This document shows, piece after piece, positions 63,460-64,000 of a DNA stretch of 64,000 nt. Every line of letters begins with the position of its first letter. The first letter of the stretch is position 1. The translations under genes and the position numbers were made by a program. The DNA is from Eledone cirrhosa. Lineage: Eukaryota. The stretch is from positions 406,162,001-406,226,000 of the forward strand of contig OZ024741.1 of the NCBI GenBank assembly GCA_964016885.1, read 5' to 3'. The notes beneath the pieces were generated by a model, which was given only the letters and a program-made list of their open reading frames with translations, was not told the origin of the DNA and ran no database searches.

Positions 63460-64000
63460 TACAGGTACACATATATATATGTACGTATCAGTTTAGCGAA
63501 CGTTTATTATAACGCTCGCTTTGTCCGTTTGTAAACAAGCGAACACCCTGATTTATGCCATACAGTGTTAAGGCAAACATGTCACCTTTTTGTTCAACAC
63601 TGACACAGGAACGATGTACTAGTTTCAAGCTTGTTAGCTATCATCAGCACCGTATACCCTTCTGCCAGATAGTTGAACGTTCGAAAGTATATACTTTCCT
63701 TATGAAAATTAACGGCTGAGCAGCCTAATTTGCATATCGAGTGAGTTCAGTCGGCCAGGCGTAGCGAAAACGATAAGTTGTAATATAATGAAACGAAATT
63801 TCATTTCTCACTCTTAGTACAGCACTTACTTAAATGTAAGTATGTATGTATACGTACATACATATATGTATACAGACGTACAGTAGCACGCATATATATA
63901 TAAAAAAAAAAAGGTGACGTGGTTGCCTTAACACCGTATGGCATAAATCAGGCTGTTCGCTTGTTTACAAACGGACAAAGCGAGCGTTATAATAAACGTT
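63271..64000 (-). repeat. Second hammerhead-containing repeat family (~503-bp period): one unit, a partial unit and an inverted arm
   Basis: 63271-63400 recurs at 63774-63900; 63908-64000 is the reverse complement of ~63499-63591. Confidence 0.85.
63611..63653 (-). ncRNA. Type I hammerhead ribozyme variant
   Basis: Minus strand ACGGTG CTGATGA T-AGCT-AACA-AGCT-T GAAA C-TA-G TA CATCGT: 6-bp stem I with one G-U pair, GUA triplet, U.U mismatch at the base of stem II. Confidence 0.7.

Overview
AT-rich eukaryotic (animal) genomic DNA, not prokaryotic. The tRNA-derived SINEs resemble those of octopod cephalopods, but that taxon call is only an inference. There is one host gene, an intronless linker histone H1 (8258-9004); the rest is repeats. 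Three things stand out. (1) A 466/467-bp tandem array (2620-5520) carries a minimal type I hammerhead ribozyme and an ATTTGCAT octamer in every unit, and a diverged second family with covarying ribozyme stems lies at 63271-64000; both look like retrozymes or self-cleaving satellites inserted in (TA)n. (2) A ~33.7-kb train of 11 non-LTR retrotransposons (23.9-57.6 kb) is separated by 11 (TTA)n blocks: five Tx1-clade elements on +, five R4/Dong-like elements on -, in near-strict alternation, ending in an RTE 3' fragment. (3) The Tx1 elements show two different 5'UTR/ORF1 modules on nearly the same ORF2, and a conserved GT-AG segment overlapping the ORF1 stop that would fuse ORF1 and ORF2 in frame if spliced. 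Also present are non-autonomous Helitrons, a Tc1/mariner relic, several foldback duplications beside (TA)n tracts, and 47-bp and 42-bp minisatellites. Coordinates were read by eye and may be off by a few bases.
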